DNA of 63,427 bases, filler included, from Choristocarpus tenellus KU-1152 (GCA_964200185.2; 12 parts of 12 records of this genome joined end to end with filler, not necessarily neighbours in it); one strand, 5' to 3'; positions 39,822 through 53,712 are shown, counted from the first letter of the whole stretch. Made by a program: numbers and translations. Notes: generated by a model from the sequence alone, not told the origin.

Positions 39822-42758
39822 CTCTTTATGTTTTCCCTTCTGTGTCAAAGACACCTCCAGAGCCTCCTCCCCCCCAGCATCACTTGCCCTTCCACATTCA
39901 GCCACCCCTTTCGCCGCCGCCAATGCTGCCGCCAGAGCAGAGGCCAGAGACAACTCTGACGAGTCCTCCTCCAACATCAACGGCGACATCTCCCCCTCCC
40001 CCGCTCCTTGCCTGCTAGGAAGTGCGCTTGAGGACACCTTGCTCCTGCTGCTCTGATCCTTGATCACCGGCGACTTGTCTAGCTGCTCCCTCATTTCCTC
40101 CAACGAACCTTTCCCACCATGCCTGTGCTTCAAGGAGATAAAGAGCTGCCTACCTTCACCCCCTGCTCCTACATCACGGCCCAACTTGGAAGGAGTGCTC
40201 TCCTCTTCGCTGCTGAAGACCCCGCGAGCAGCAGCTGAGGCTGCATTGACAGCATTGCCGTGAGGGGACTGGCTCCTGCTGGCGTCCCTCTCTCTAGAAT
40301 GAGCCTATGGGTGGGAGTAGGGGAAAGCATGATGGGCCTGCATTGCACGAGTCTCAACTATCAAGACAGAAGCGACTGGGGAAGGGAAGTGGTGCATGAA
40401 GAATATGCTTTTTATCTTGAGCCCTTCAATTCCCAAATCCTAAGACAAATGTAGACACAATAAAGGAGAGGGCACATCAACTCAAGCTACCTCAAATGTT
40501 GGGGATTTTTCAGTAGCTGCATTGGAAGATATCCAATTGACCTCATCCTCGTACAACCTATTTCTGCTGGAATGGAACTTTAAACCATCTCTACTCCCCC
40601 TGAATGGAACAGAATTGACTTCTCAGGTGCTTCCAAATTTTCACCAGTTGCAGAATACCTCCTCCCTGCATCTTGTCTGACATCTCACCTTTCCCACCCC
40701 ACCTATATCCCCTATCTCCTGATTGTCATCATACAACAAAACATATCCCTATGCTATATCACAGCCTGCCCCATGCCCCCGACACACACTTGACCCCCAA
40801 CTCACAACCTAGTCCAAGGCTCAAAAGAAATATCACCGCCTTGAAACCTACCAATAACCATCAACATCACCCAAGCTCCCCATCCCTACCTCCTTACACC
40901 CCACCCCAACTCTATACCCACATTTCACCTCAAACACAAATTTTCAACCCCTCCAACCCCCACTCCTTATCCTTCCCCACCTCCTACAGTTATAGCACAC
41001 CTTGGACTCAGTTCTTGAAGAGCGACCCACCCACTCCCGTGCCTTTGTCCGTCTCGCTGTGGCTTCACTCTCCCCGGCCATCCTAGGTCCCTCATACACC
41101 TGAAGTCGCTCACGAAGGAGGGCCAGTTCCGACTGAAGACTAACAACCTGTGTGCATGTAGGTATACACAATCACATGTATATATTCGATTTGATAATCA
41201 CAGGCGAGGAAGATGGATAAAAAAAATATTCAAGCACAGGTTGCCCCCAAACGAAGTATGTTCAACCGTGCGTAGAAAAATTATATACACACGTGAAACA
41301 GGGTATATGCGGCAGGATGAAATATATCATGAAAAAAAAAAGTATTGCAGGGTACTTGGCAACACGCACAGGGTAAGTCATGTTGGTAACACATTGCTTT
41401 CATAAACTCCTCACAATGTTTTCAATGAATTGCAGATCAAGACTTTACAGCAGAAGTAAAATATTTACCATGGCTGGGTGAGAAGGGGGGAGCGAAGAGG
41501 AGAGAAAAAAGAGGAGACAGCAAATGAGCATCAGCAAAGGGGTGACAGGGGAGAGAAGATAGGTAGTGGCCGGGTAAAAGCAAACAGGGAAGATCTATTG
41601 AAAGGTGAGGTCAGGTTGCCGATGCTACCATATATCTGCATGAAGAGGGGCAATTGAGTAACCCGCAGCGCTCTTGTATGAGAGGAGATTGTTGCTTATA
41701 GGCTCATATTACATCAACAAACGCCAGGGCATGGGAGAGAAGATCCTGTTCGACAAAGAAATAGCATTACTGTATCACGGCGAGACGCGATGCCAGACGA
41801 GTGTATGTATATATCTTGCTCTACACTACACAGAGGTAAGCAGTGCTATCACGCTCACCGTCGAACCACGCTCCTTCAACTTCCCCCGCAGGTCTTCATT
41901 CTGCTTTGTTAGGCTTTCAATCTGTTTTTGTGCCACCCATAGTTTTCCATCCGTTCCCTTCCCAATCATCGCGGATGCGGGTTGCTCCTGAATACTTGGA
42001 GGAATCAAAACAGGAGGAGCTACGTGTTGTTGCGCAGGGGGGACCATAGTTGCAGTACCCATCCCACTGGCGCAGTTGCGCCCTGATATCCCCGCCCTGT
42101 TAAAACGCCGAGATGCCGTCCATTCCTTGCCTGATCCATGCATTCGAGGTTCCTCCTTGGGAAACCCCTTACTCCCTACTCTGTGCTTCGAAACGTCGGC
42201 TCCCGCACTGCCAACGGCGTTACCAGTAAGACGATCTATCCCTCCGTCCCTGGCAGACAGAGTCGCTCCACGACCAATAATAAATGTTCCCTCCTCGCTA
42301 GGCACACGGTTAATTGAGGTCTTCAGCGATGGTGGTACGGGAAGGCTCGTAGAGCGCCGCAGTACTTTCGGGCGTCTCCGTGAGTTTCCCTTCGATTGTG
42401 TGACATCTCCGACAGCGGTACTACCCGCCTTGGGTGTTGATGAGGTCGCCCTTACGTACCCACTGGATCCCGCTGGCTTGGAGAAAGGGAAGTAGAAGGA
42501 CATGTCTAGCCCCGAGGGACGCCAGCGGTTGCTGTAAATGGGAAGGTCCTTGTCACTTTCGGTGCTGGAAGGGCGCGAAACGCTGTTTTCCGACTTCCGC
42601 CTGACTGGGGTCATACCTTGTTGGGTGTTGTTGAATCCTGTTTTCCTTAAGCGTTCCCCAAGTTTGATGTCCGGTTCGGGAGCTACACATGACCGATCTG
42701 TGGATTTGTGGTCTGTTGGGGAATGATTACGGGAACCTTGCCCACGGTCGGCGTACAT
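39822..42758 (-). CDS. 5' exons of an unknown low-complexity/coiled-coil protein: 41859-42758, 41001-41147, 39822-40304 (3' end beyond contig)
   Basis: The 329-aa ORF ends at a GTGAGC donor; a heptad-like segment LWVAQKQIESLTKQNEDLRGKLKERGST/VVSLQSELALLRERLQVYE continues across the splice; all joins are phase 0. Start codon assumed. Confidence 0.75.
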
Positions 42759-44673
42759 GTAGGCACAGGTTAGGGGGGGGCAGGGTTTAACCCTCTCAGC
42801 AAGCTCTCCCTTCACAAAACCTCAGAATAATGCGTTTGTAGCAACCCTTACCTTTCCACTACCCCTTAGGTTTATGTTCTACGTCTTGCCTCTCCGCAAC
42901 CTCCCGATCACAACCTTCTCGTTTCAATTCCACAATGACTTAAGGTAGACAAGGTCAAGTTCTACAAATTGTAAACCGTGCTTTACGCCCTCGGGATAAT
43001 ATGCTTCCCTGCTTCTTGGGGATGAAGACTTTGTGTAAGGTGGGTGTAACCCCCCTAGAATCGGCCACCCCAAGAAGAGCTGTGGAAGCAATTGATGATA
43101 GCTCGACACCCACCAAACGGCAACCCTTCTCGCCAACCAACCCTTCTTTTTTGACCAAATATGCCACTGTGCAACTCCATGAAGAGACCTTCATGAAGGT
43201 TGCGCGCGAGAAAATGGTTTTCAAATTCTATATATCGTCTTATAATATCGGTGATGCATTTTCCAGAACTACTTCATAGTAGGAACTAGGGAAGAACTTT
43301 CTATACGATTGAACAATATTCAATATGTAAAATAATATCCAATGTTCTTTTGGAGATACTAACCTAATATTTATGAAATTCTTGATGTCTACAATAGTAT
43401 TAGTTGGAACATCTTTTTAATCAGTTGTCCTTTTTTTTGTACATTTTGATTCGATTACAATGAAAAGTAGAAAATGATAGAACACCCATAAAATAGTGTG
43501 TGGTAAAATACCTTTATTTGAATATCTATATTTACATATTATTTCATGTCCAAATTCAAAATGAACGCAATAACACAATTTTCACCCGCTCAAAGTCAAA
43601 ATCAAACTCTTTTGAACTCTTCTATCATTAAGAGAAACCGTCATAGCTAGAAAATTCCACAGGTCAAGTATTTTCTCTTCGCGGTAGTGTATAAAATCCA
43701 ACTATTCAGGTAGGACAATGTGATCAATAATCTGCCAAACAAATTACATATTTTTTTATTATTTACATATTGTACCAAGTTGAACTCAATGCTAGAAAAA
43801 ATATTGAAAGTTACTAGGAAGGTTGATACAATGTGAGTGTGGGGGTGGAAGAGTGGTGTAGCATATCATATCGTAACTAGTAACAAAACAGTAAATTGAT
43901 GATAGAAATATATCTTTAACATTTAGGACAACTGTTACTTTTTCCGGGGATGTTCTGATATTGAATTGGTTATTTATTTGTTTTCCACTGATACATCTGG
44001 AAAATATCAGAAGGGATAACAATAATATATAAATTAGGTAAAAGGGTAGTATCAGATATTGAAAACACCCTCCAACCCCAATAAACGATCTTATATTAAT
44101 TCACCAACTTTACGTTGTTCCTAATACGATGTTTGTATGTTTTTTATAATTCCACAATCAGATTTTCAGTTTTATAATGTAAAATCGGATTTCTTCTCTA
44201 TAATATCGTAAGCTATATTTCGATATTATACAAGCAAAAAATGTTGTGGTTCGAAAAACTATTAAAATAGTATTGTCCTGAACTGTTTTATGAGTTGTAT
44301 GGGAATATTAAATTGGGTGCAAGAACTTCGATAATGTATGTACGTAATACACACACTCCACATCTTCACATACTACAAAATAAAACAGATTACATTCATA
44401 TCCAACAAAAGAAACTGGAAAAACGAAATGTCGTTGAACTACAGGAATGAGTAAGGAATTGTTTTATTGACTTCTCATTGGTTTTTCTCCTCACACACCT
44501 CCAAAATTTTAAGAAGGGATTACAATATGAAGAGTGGGGGATCTGACAAAATAGTTTCAGATATCTGTCACTTNNNNNNNNNNNNNNNNNNNNNNNNNNN
44601 NNNNNNNNNNNNNNNNNTTAATTAATTAANNNNNNNNNNNNNNNNNNNNNNNNNNNNNNNNNNNNNNNNNNNN

Positions 44674-44748
44674 AACTACATCAAAAGCGCAACATTGGAT
44701 TTTAGTCCCCAAATGGACGCGACTCTACCCTCTAAGATACTTTGGCTC
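44674..44748 (-). mobile_element. MITE family A (truncated by spacer) inserted in copia RNase H
   Basis: ...CTCTACCCTCTAAGATACTTTGGCTC abuts the RNase H coding sequence. Confidence 0.85.
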
Positions 44749-47700
44749 TTGAGTATGCCCAGCTCCCCCAGGATGCCTCTGAGGAATGTTGAATGCCTCA
44801 TTCCATGGACCATTGCTGTCCATTCCGCCTCTGATGGAGATGAGGTTACAGCTCCCTGCATCTTAAATTTCCATGCAACAGGTGCTCCATTGAGGAGTAT
44901 CAGATACCCTGTCACGATCCGCCTTGGTGCAGTGTCATCGCCCCAGTCTGAGTCTCCAAACCCGACTGGCCCCCATTGTCCATTTCACCACCAGCAGGAT
45001 AGTGTATCCCTACTTTCGAGGTGCCCACCAGGTATCGCAGAGAACATGTTGTAATCCTTTCCAGTGTCGATCGCATGGAGATGCTGCATATCTTCCCAGT
45101 TCCCGCACACTGTTGGATATGTCTGGTCGTGTCATCCCGACTAGGAACATAAGTTTCCCCAGAATGGTGCGGCAAGGTTTGTACCTCTGGTCCAGCTCCT
45201 CCTCGTCAAGTTCTTCTTGCGATCAGGTCCATTCCTGGGTTTAGAGGCGATGAGGTACTCCGTACTTCTGTGGATCCCATTCCTTCGCAAACAATGCTCT
45301 CTGCATAGAAATGTTGGTCTAGTGTGATGCCAGCCTCATCCCTGTTGATTGCCACCCCAGCTAACTTGTCTGGGGTCCCGAGGTCCCGTCCTTCGTACTT
45401 GGAAAGCAGATTGTTCTTCATCCTCTTTATTTCTTCGTGGAAGCTTCCAGTCAATGAGATGTCATCTACGTAGTGAAAAAGAACAGCGACCCTTCCATCT
45501 TCACTCCTTTTTACATATAAGTAGGCATCAAAGTCGCTAACACTCCAACCCTCAGCTAAACTTGTTCCCTTTAGCTCCTTGTACCACTCCATTGCTGATT
45601 GCTTAAGGCCATAGATGGCCCTGGCAGCTTTTACGATGGATCCATTGGGCAGTTGTAGCCATACATCTTCAGGGAGTGTGGTCCGTTCAGGTGGGCTTGA
45701 GTGAAGTATAGAGAGTTGATGATCCAGTTTCTCTTAGCTGCTGTAGTCAGAACTGCTCGAATCACGTCAAATCCCACCACTGGACTGAATGTACTGAAGT
45801 AGTCCACCCCTTATTGTTGGGAAAACCCCTGTGCCACCAGCCTGGCCTTGTATCTTTCGATGCCTCCATTGACCGTCCTTTTGATTTTGAATATAAATCT
45901 GGTTTTGACAGGTCTCCTCCCTGGTGGCAGACTCTCTCCCTCATGGAAGGTTCCTTTGGTTCGTTGGCCCTCCATTTCTTGTTCCATTGCCCTCTTCCAG
46001 CGTCCTTCTTCAGGTCCTGCGAGGGCTTCTGCGATGGTTGATGGCTCCTGGGGGCCTATTGAGATGTCACCTGCCATGCCCATCAAATAATATGCATCAT
46101 CCGTGCTTGATCTGAGCAGATTCACTATATTCTCTCCCAGCTCTTTTGTACCTCCAAGTGTAAACCCCTTTAGTCCACCCTGGGTTGTTCAGCTATCCTG
46201 GCTGACCTCTGTTGTCCACTAGGTGAACTTGTCGAGTTCTTGTCCCCGGCTGTTGCCTGGGGTATCGGATCGACTGCAATCTCGAAATCCCGATCAGAGT
46301 CGTCTTCAGTATCAGAAATCTCTTCATCATCCGTCGAAGTCATGGTCTCTCTCTCCCTCACGAAGTCCATGATATGTTCGTCTGGTTCGAACGTCATGTG
46401 GGCTGAGTTACCAACTTGGCCTCTTGAGGAAGCCAGATGTGCCAGCATAGTGATGTACGATCATGTCCCATTATTACACCTCGCTTGGCGTATGGGTGAA
46501 ACTTTGAACTGGCCCCTCTTTGCTGCTTGTCCTGGTGAACATAGCACTCGCTCCCCCAGGTCCGAAAGCCTATCGTAGTTGAAGGATTTACCTGTTAGAC
46601 GCTCGCATGGCGTTTCTCCTCCAAGGTATTCGTGCGGCATGCCTCTAGTCTTGAAGGCGACGTCCGTGATGGCAAAGAACCAATACTCGTCGCCCAGCCC
46701 AGCCTTTGCCAGTTGAATCCTTGCTGCCCCCATGAGTTGCTTTATAACCCTTTCGGCGACTCCATTGCTCTGTGATGTTCTCGGTGGAGATTCCCTCCAT
46801 CGGGTACCTTTGTTCGCCAGCATCCTTTGGAACTTCATTGATCTCCCAAGCTCGCCAGCATCATCCCCACTGATGCATTTGACTGGTATATTGGGCGAAT
46901 TCTTGGAGGCCCTCAGATAACTTTCTTTTGTTCCTGAATCCATAAATTCTCCTCCATTCCGTCGTCTACTTCCAGTACTCAATATGCAGCATGCTAGACC
47001 TGGGACCCATAGAACATCCTTCAGAACCACTCTTGTTGGTTTGCTGTCCTTGTCCGTCACCATTAGAACCATATTCCCGGTTTCCTTCGCTTCCAGTTTC
47101 CCATTGTTTCCAATTTCCCATTGTTTCCGAAGGTGCATGTGCGTTTGGTGCCCCGAGTGCTTATGAGATCTTCACGATCAGGTGTAAGATGTACGTTTGC
47201 TCCAGAGTCACACAACCTCTCGACTCGTCTTCCACTGGAGGAGCTGAACACCGCACTTTTGTTAACTTCCTTGTCTGCTGTCACCGTGAAAGTGGAGAAG
47301 GAGCGCGCTTGGTTTCTGTCGACTTTGTTGCTGCTCCCACGAGTTGGAGGTGGCGGAAACGTTCCGGGCGCCATCCCAGGCGGACGTGTTGCAGGTGGCT
47401 TTCCATTTAAGTATTAGTAGCAATTCTGCCATCGATGGTTCATCCTTAAGCAATATCCACATTGGTTTGATTTGAGGCCCCTTCCAGCTGATCTCCTGGT
47501 CTTCCGAGTATGACCATTCTTCACATTGCCATGCATTGCCAATACCCCATCATGATCATCTTGACCCGAGTGAAGGTAAGATGTCGACGAGATGACGGCC
47601 CGTTTGAGCTCCTCATAGCTGATGCCCGGGCGAGATATTAACTGCATGAACACATGTGGCATCGCTTCCTTGATCCCAAGCAGTGTTGATGCCCTTTGCA

Positions 47701-48116
47701 TGTTTTTGGATTCAGGCTCCTTGAGCTCCTCGAATTCCGAAAATACTCGTTTGAGTTTGACGACAAAATCGGTGCTGTCCTGAGACGCTGAGCACCATAA
47801 TTCGCGGAGTTTTTCCTCCAACGTGATGACTTGTACGGGGATTTCGTCCTCCGCGCGTCCACCATAGACTCGTTCTAGTTCCAACCAAGCTCCTCTGCCA
47901 TCTGGTTGACCTCCATTTTCGTATTTGTCCACAATCGTCGATGCTGATCCTTTCGTTGTTTGTAGAAGGAGGAACCATAACGCCTTGTTATTCTTCGAGT
48001 ATGTGGCATGTGCCGTACGCACTGCCTCTCCCGATATGATGGTGGTGGTGGGTATTTCGGGAATCTCGTAGTCCCTTGTCGTTATATTTCGTACAAACCC
48101 TTTCCTCCAGCGTAGG
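44749..48116 (-). mobile_element. Ty1/copia LTR retrotransposon internal region (gag-PR-IN-RT-RH), pseudogenised; LTRs not in contig
   Basis: gag with DGRGAWLELE and zinc knuckle CGYCLRMNHRWQNC; protease CDSGANVH; integrase SPPRTSQSNGVAER; RT YKARLVAQGFSQ and HYVDDI; RNase H APVAWKFKMQGAV..S.SEAEW. IN-before-RT order is copia. Multiple frameshifts. Confidence 0.95.
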
Positions 48117-48216
48117 NNNNNNNNNNNNNNNNNNNNNNNNNNNNNNNNNNNNNNNNNNNNTTAATTAATTAANNNNNNNNNNNNNNNNNNNNNNNNNNNN
48201 NNNNNNNNNNNNNNNN

Positions 48217-48316
48217 ACGTTTCATATTTGAAATGTCAAAAAAAATAAATATTTTTTTTTCCGAAACGGACCCCCCCCCACAACCCCCCCCCCCCCCCCC
48301 CCCAGATACTTTGACC
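48217..48316. mobile_element. Right end of MITE family C
   Basis: GAAATGTCA...GAAACGGA...CCCCCAGATACTTTGACCC matches the right half of 23768-23939. Confidence 0.8.
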
Positions 48317-48496
48317 CTCTACTTCACAGAATTGCTGCAGTTGCTACACCTAGATCCCGATATAGAGCACTTATGTGTCCGAACAAAATTCCCAAAGTAT
48401 TTCAAGAGAGATTTCTATATTTTGTGGTTCACCAAAGGTGTTGAAACCTGATTAATACGTTACCTCCTTTCCAGAGTGAGCACAATATGCACATAC

Positions 48497-50427
48497 CTTC
48501 CTCAGGACACTATAATCCTGTGCTGTGTGAACCTTTGCTGACCGTCTCCACACCACAATAAGCCCTCCACCATCACCACTGTACAGTCGACTGTGTTTTG
48601 CATCGTAAACAATAGCGTTCAAATGACTCTCATGCACAACCTTCGGAACAGGGGGGGCAGGGAACAAGACACAAGTAGGAATGGTCAATACATTCAACAG
48701 TTTGCCTTCTGGGTAGACTTGCCCTTCTTAGTCACCTTGTCACCATGCACAGCATTGAGGGTCAGTGAATAACTCACATGAGACAGGAAAAGGGTGGTGC
48801 AGCTTCAGTAAAAAGAATAAGAAAGGATACATATTCGCATACTCTCTGACTCACATTCAATCAACTCAACAAGAAGGTAGAAGTGTTCATGTCTTAATCA
48901 GAGGAGCTATAGCTAGGCTATGCAGGGGGGGGTGGTATTGGGAAAGCGCCATCCTATTTCAAGGAAAAAAACAGTGTATTTGGTACATTGAGACAAGAGA
49001 CATTTCATCTTCCATTGTCAGTACCGGGTATAATAATAAAAGCTGCCATGCAAACCGTCTCCAAGTAGCAGTTCATATTTCAAAGTATTGCTTAGTTGAA
49101 TTGGACTATGAGTGGAATCTGCAAATACAAAACTGCCATCTAAGATATGGAGCACAGTGGACTGTATGTCCCCTGAAAAGCTTCAAGGTACAAAGAACAG
49201 TACCACTTAGGTCTCCATCATCAAAGTCCTCCACTATGTGGTAGAGGCAAACCAAGCAGCACATATTTTTTCCTCATCAGCAAAATCTAGTACGTCTATT
49301 CAAGGCATAGACAGATTATCGTATTAGTGTTATTGTACAGGTATCTAAATCCACTCCTCCCAGCCTCCTCTCAAAGATGACCTTGCCAGACAACGTCCCC
49401 AGGTCTGCGGCTTGGCGACCAGTGGCCACGCCACCAATATCCCACAGGCGTAAGCGGCGGTCAAATGCCCCTGTTACAACCAGCGAAGAATGCCCAACAG
49501 ATCTCCTAGCTGACCATGGCACATGTTGATCTAGGTATGTCTCCAAGTAATGGCAAAACAAACGCAAAAGGAGATCAAAAAAATAATTTAACATAATTAG
49601 GTGCAAAAACAAAATTGATGGACCAGTGAACGGGGATCATGCCGAACCAGTGACATTGAAGATCAACTCCCTAGCATGTTTGAGAAAAAGCAGGCAAAAA
49701 GATGATATCAGCACAGTGGGCACCAATGGCTAAAGGTATCTGTGGGCGAGGTGGCGGCTGTCCATTTTGGGCCCAATTTTCATGTCGTGATTTTTGGGTG
49801 ATTTGGTTGAATACGTCGGATGGATAATGTAAGTGCACTTTTCCTGGTCATGGCCCAAATGGATACCCTCGTGCAGACCCCCCTACCCCCCCAAAATACT
49901 TTGAGTCCAACACCTGTGCCACACCCTCCAAACTTCCCTGACCCTGAAGAATTTGCCCCATAGGATACTCTCCTACCTTGTGAGATCCTGTGTGCACAAC
50001 ATCTACTGCCAGAGGTTGGAAGACGGCAGCATATACGAAGCATGGTGGGACGTGTTGAAGAGTACACATTAGACCAGGCTTGCCCCCCTTACCGCCCTTG
50101 GCATTGTCAGTTCCATTTGAAACGGCATGCCTGCAACCACACGAACAGAATGATAAAGAAAAATAACAAGGAAAGAGTACAAGTACTGAGAAGTAAAAAG
50201 TGTCTTAGGTGGGTATGGTGGTCATTGGGAAGGAATTATCTGCCTCGACTACCATTACACATTTAGCCATATATGCATACCTTTCTCAAGTATTTTGCAT
50301 CACGAAATGAGAAGGGGAGACATATCATCTTTAAAAAAAGGAAGTTTAGGTAAGATATAATCTTTCGGAAGTCCTGCAATTTTCAAGCACCCGTTCAATT
50401 GTTCCTGCTAGGCTCAAGACTAGCACT

Positions 50428-50463
<36 letters not shown>

Positions 50464-51433
50464 CAGCAGAACTGCAATAGTTTTCCCGCCCTAGAGTAGC
50501 AGTGCACTGGACCAAGCCACACCTCTGGGACAAACCTCCCATAAGGTCTCCTGGATCTACACCCGCCTTCCAGCCTGAAGTACGCCAGATCTTGTACAGG
50601 CATGTAGATTTTGAAGGTGATAGGACAGAGGTTAATCCGCAAGAGACTAACTGTAAGGTTTGAGCTAATAATAGTACTTGCAATATCACAGATGTAGAGG
50701 AGTTTGCAGGATGAAGGTATGGTATTGGCTAACTGCAAAATATATTGTCTATTCGAGCAGCATACGTATTGCTATGCAATGAATATCCCCTACTAATTAA
50801 TGTGGGTTCTGACATACACAACCTGTTGGTACACACTGTATCAACATCTGTGCATTCACATAGTATTCAAGGAAGAGCAAAGTGATGTGCCACTTCTGTA
50901 GTCGTAGTTGGAAACATTGCTGCTTCGTGAATTTTAGGGGGGAAAGCACTTCAAACCTGTACCTAAATACACCAGAGAGCATTTCATTGTACCCAGAATG
51001 ATTCCTTTGTCGATTTAAAGCAATGGTTGGGGACATGAGAAGAATCACCCAGTTTGAACTAGGATATTCCCCAAGAGAGATGAACAGAGCACCTCTTCCC
51101 AAAACCCACACCTCCCTCTTTTCCCCAAGGTGGGCACATTATTCAATACCACCCCCTTAGCAGCCCATAGCCCTCCCTCTCTCCCATCCATCATGACACC
51201 TTTGTCGTCCCATCAGCGGATGCAGAGAGGAGAAGGAGGTCATCATCTGACCAGCTCAAGTCATAAACCATGGACCCATGTCCTAGTAGCTCATGCCTGC
51301 ATTTCCCACTCTCTGGATCCAGCAGGCGTATTGGAAAGCATCCTGGCAGGGGATCATCGCAACAGGCAGCTGCAAGCATGGACCCTGAGTGAGAGAAGCG
51401 CAGTGTGATGGCACCATTCTGTCCTGCATAAAT
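48497..51433 (-). CDS. AHI1: Jouberin/AHI1-like WD40 protein, internal exons 51200-51433, 50523-50590, 49977-50130, ~49382-49505, 48497-48640
   Basis: LRFSHSGSMLAAAC...RHELLGHGSMVYDLSWSDDD.LLLSASADGTTKIW...HVPPCFVYAAVFQP...LVVTGAFDRRLRLW...VHESHLNAIVYDAKHSRLYSGDGGGLIVVW follows the AHI1 WD40 sequence in order. The acceptor of the ~49382 exon is uncertain (a small extra exon near 49625-49670 may exist); 5' and 3' exons not located. Confidence 0.8.
49728..49907 (+). mobile_element. MITE family B (180 bp, complete) in an AHI1 intron
   Basis: GGCTAAAGGTATCTG...AAATACTTTGAGTC; flanks CAAT/CAAC; other ends at 11023-11044, 53608-53712 and 63344-63427. Confidence 0.8.
50430..50457. repeat. (TA)n microsatellite
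   Basis: Directly visible. Confidence 0.9.
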
Positions 51434-52571
51434 CTGTTGGTTCACAACAACCAAGACACAAGGGCGTAGTTAACACCCATGGAGTATTGCAGAGGGAAGG
51501 ATTGGTTCATTGCCTGTCTTTGTCGTTTCTAGTGGATATCTCACATCAAGGACTGAAGCATTGCAATTAGTAAGGGATTGAGGCAGGATGCTCGTTCACA
51601 TCTATATATGTTAAATTATCTACTATGTAATTGTCCACAGTCAATGGAGGAGGAAGATAATCTCCTCCACCCCTCACCCCTCTCAAAACTATAATTATTA
51701 GGAGTGACTTTTTGAAAGATCAAATCTCTACATAATATGCACTATAGAAATATATAAACACTCACAGGGGTGTTATCGAAATAGTATTGAACTCTGATTT
51801 GATCAAAAGTTACACATCAAGACTGGACTTTTATAATACCTCAGCAATCCCACCCCAATGGAGCTTTGGGCATAGTCCACCAATCTCTTTGGTATTTAAT
51901 GTATCCATAGCTAATAAAATACTTGGAGATTTGACAATTGAGCAAGAGGGTCGGAATTGGGGGTGCTGGTAGGATTTCAGGAACGTTTTCAGGGTTGATG
52001 GTTATGGTAGGGACCTCTAAGGAGGTCGGAATTTCAGGGCAAGGTAGCATAAAGCAAAGCATCTACCGTTACACATGAAACGTTTTCCAGTGGTTAAAAG
52101 GGTAGGGCACAGTTTTCAAAAGGCTGAGAGAATTCTTCACGCAGTCCCAGAGTAATAGGGTACTGTTAGATTTTGCCTTCAAATTAGGAATGTCTCTTCT
52201 TTTTTCGAGGAGGTTTCTGACCAATAAACTAGTTGTAAAATCTTCTAGTACACCTTAGACGGCAAAACACTTGCTACATCAGACAGACTGTTTTGGGCAT
52301 TAGCAAGAACAAAGAACTTTCCAGACAACTATAGATTCTATAGAGCAAGTGGTCTCGAGTTTGTCCTGGACAACAGAGACTATCAACAAATGTGTTGTGG
52401 AACAATACTTAGTGTTAAGGAAAAATGAAGTTACCATACAATGTGCCAGTGTTGTGCCATGTATGACATGCGATGGACGCGTTCAGTCTCTAAAAGCAAA
52501 AAGCGCTCAAAACAAAGTTGATCTGTATTCCACCGGAATCCCGTCCATTTCTTTTTATTTTACCCATGCAA

Positions 52572-52829
52572 GAGTCAAAGTATCTTGGAGGGTACAGCCG
52601 CGTCCGTTTGGGGGCCAAACTCTAATGTTCCGACTTTGATGTAATTTTGGCTATCGAGTTTGTTAGAAAGGGTCAATATCCTTGTTCTGGACACACCTTT
52701 TAATGACGTATTCATTTGACCTACTCTGAAACATTTCGGAGCAGGAAAATGTCATCAAAAACCCGTGGGAAGCCAAGCCCCAAACGGACAAGCAGGGCAA
52801 AACTCATACCCTCTAAGATACTTTCACTC
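52572..52829 (+). mobile_element. MITE family A
   Basis: GAGTCAAAGTATCTTGGAGGGTA...TACCCTCTAAGATACTTTCACTC; flanked by CAA/CAA. Confidence 0.9.
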
Positions 52830-53447
52830 CAATATGTCTCGAGCAAATTCCCCTATTTTCTTGATTGCAACTATTTTTCACACTTGGTAGAACTGTTAAT
52901 CTCACTTTCTTTACTAAAACACCGTCAAAAACCTGAAGAGCAACCTCCATAGTCACCTGCACCTTAGTGGACAAATTGTCAAAATAAATCAGTGAGCATT
53001 TGCATTCAAAAATTTTACTTGGAGTCCATCATGGTCACACGTTGTACTTAGAGTGCAATTCTTAAAGCACTAATCAAGAAAATCCACATATTACGTGTGA
53101 AAATGCATATATTTTGTAGCAAATAGCGTTGTCTTGAAACAGATGTTATGAAGGAAATGCCCCCAAGTGTTGATATGGACAACAGACACATCATAGACCA
53201 AATGACTTCAAGTGGAATCCTGGACAATGGGAGCTTGGGCCAAAAGTTAGTTTGTCAAAGGCAACACTGGCTTTGAGTATTATGTTTTCTGAGCTATATT
53301 GAATGTATAAAGGGAGGTAGATATTTCAAACAACCACTGTATTTTGACGGTATTACCATAATTAAATGTCAGCAATGGATTGGAATCATCAGCATCTTCT
53401 ACAATGCAAATATTGGTCTTCAGCGGACAGTAGTAAAGGTACACACT

Positions 53448-53507
53448 CATACATACATATATACATACATACATACATACATAATATACATACATACATA
53501 TATACAT
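53448..53507. repeat. (ATAC)n imperfect microsatellite at contig end
   Basis: Directly visible. Confidence 0.9.
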
Positions 53508-53607
53508 NNNNNNNNNNNNNNNNNNNNNNNNNNNNNNNNNNNNNNNNNNNNTTAATTAATTAANNNNNNNNNNNNNNNNNNNNNNNNNNNNNNNNNNNNN
53601 NNNNNNN

Positions 53608-53712
53608 TTGCATATTTCGAATGGATTATGAAAGTGCACTTTTCCTGGTTTTGGTCCAAATGGACACCCTGGTGTAGACAGCCCCCCCTCCCCCCCCCAG
53701 ATACTTTGGGTC
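53608..53712 (+). mobile_element. Right half of MITE family B
   Basis: Matches the right half of 49728-49907; ends CAGATACTTTGGGTC. Confidence 0.8.

Noticed and set aside
42076-42495. Antisense ORFs over real exons and over the copia element
   Set aside because: Shadow frames of GC-rich coding sequence.
39822-42758. Treating the coiled-coil gene as the N-terminus of the DNA polymerase
   Set aside because: Same strand, but separated by two artificial spacers; no exonuclease or helicase motifs and no demonstrable splice connection.
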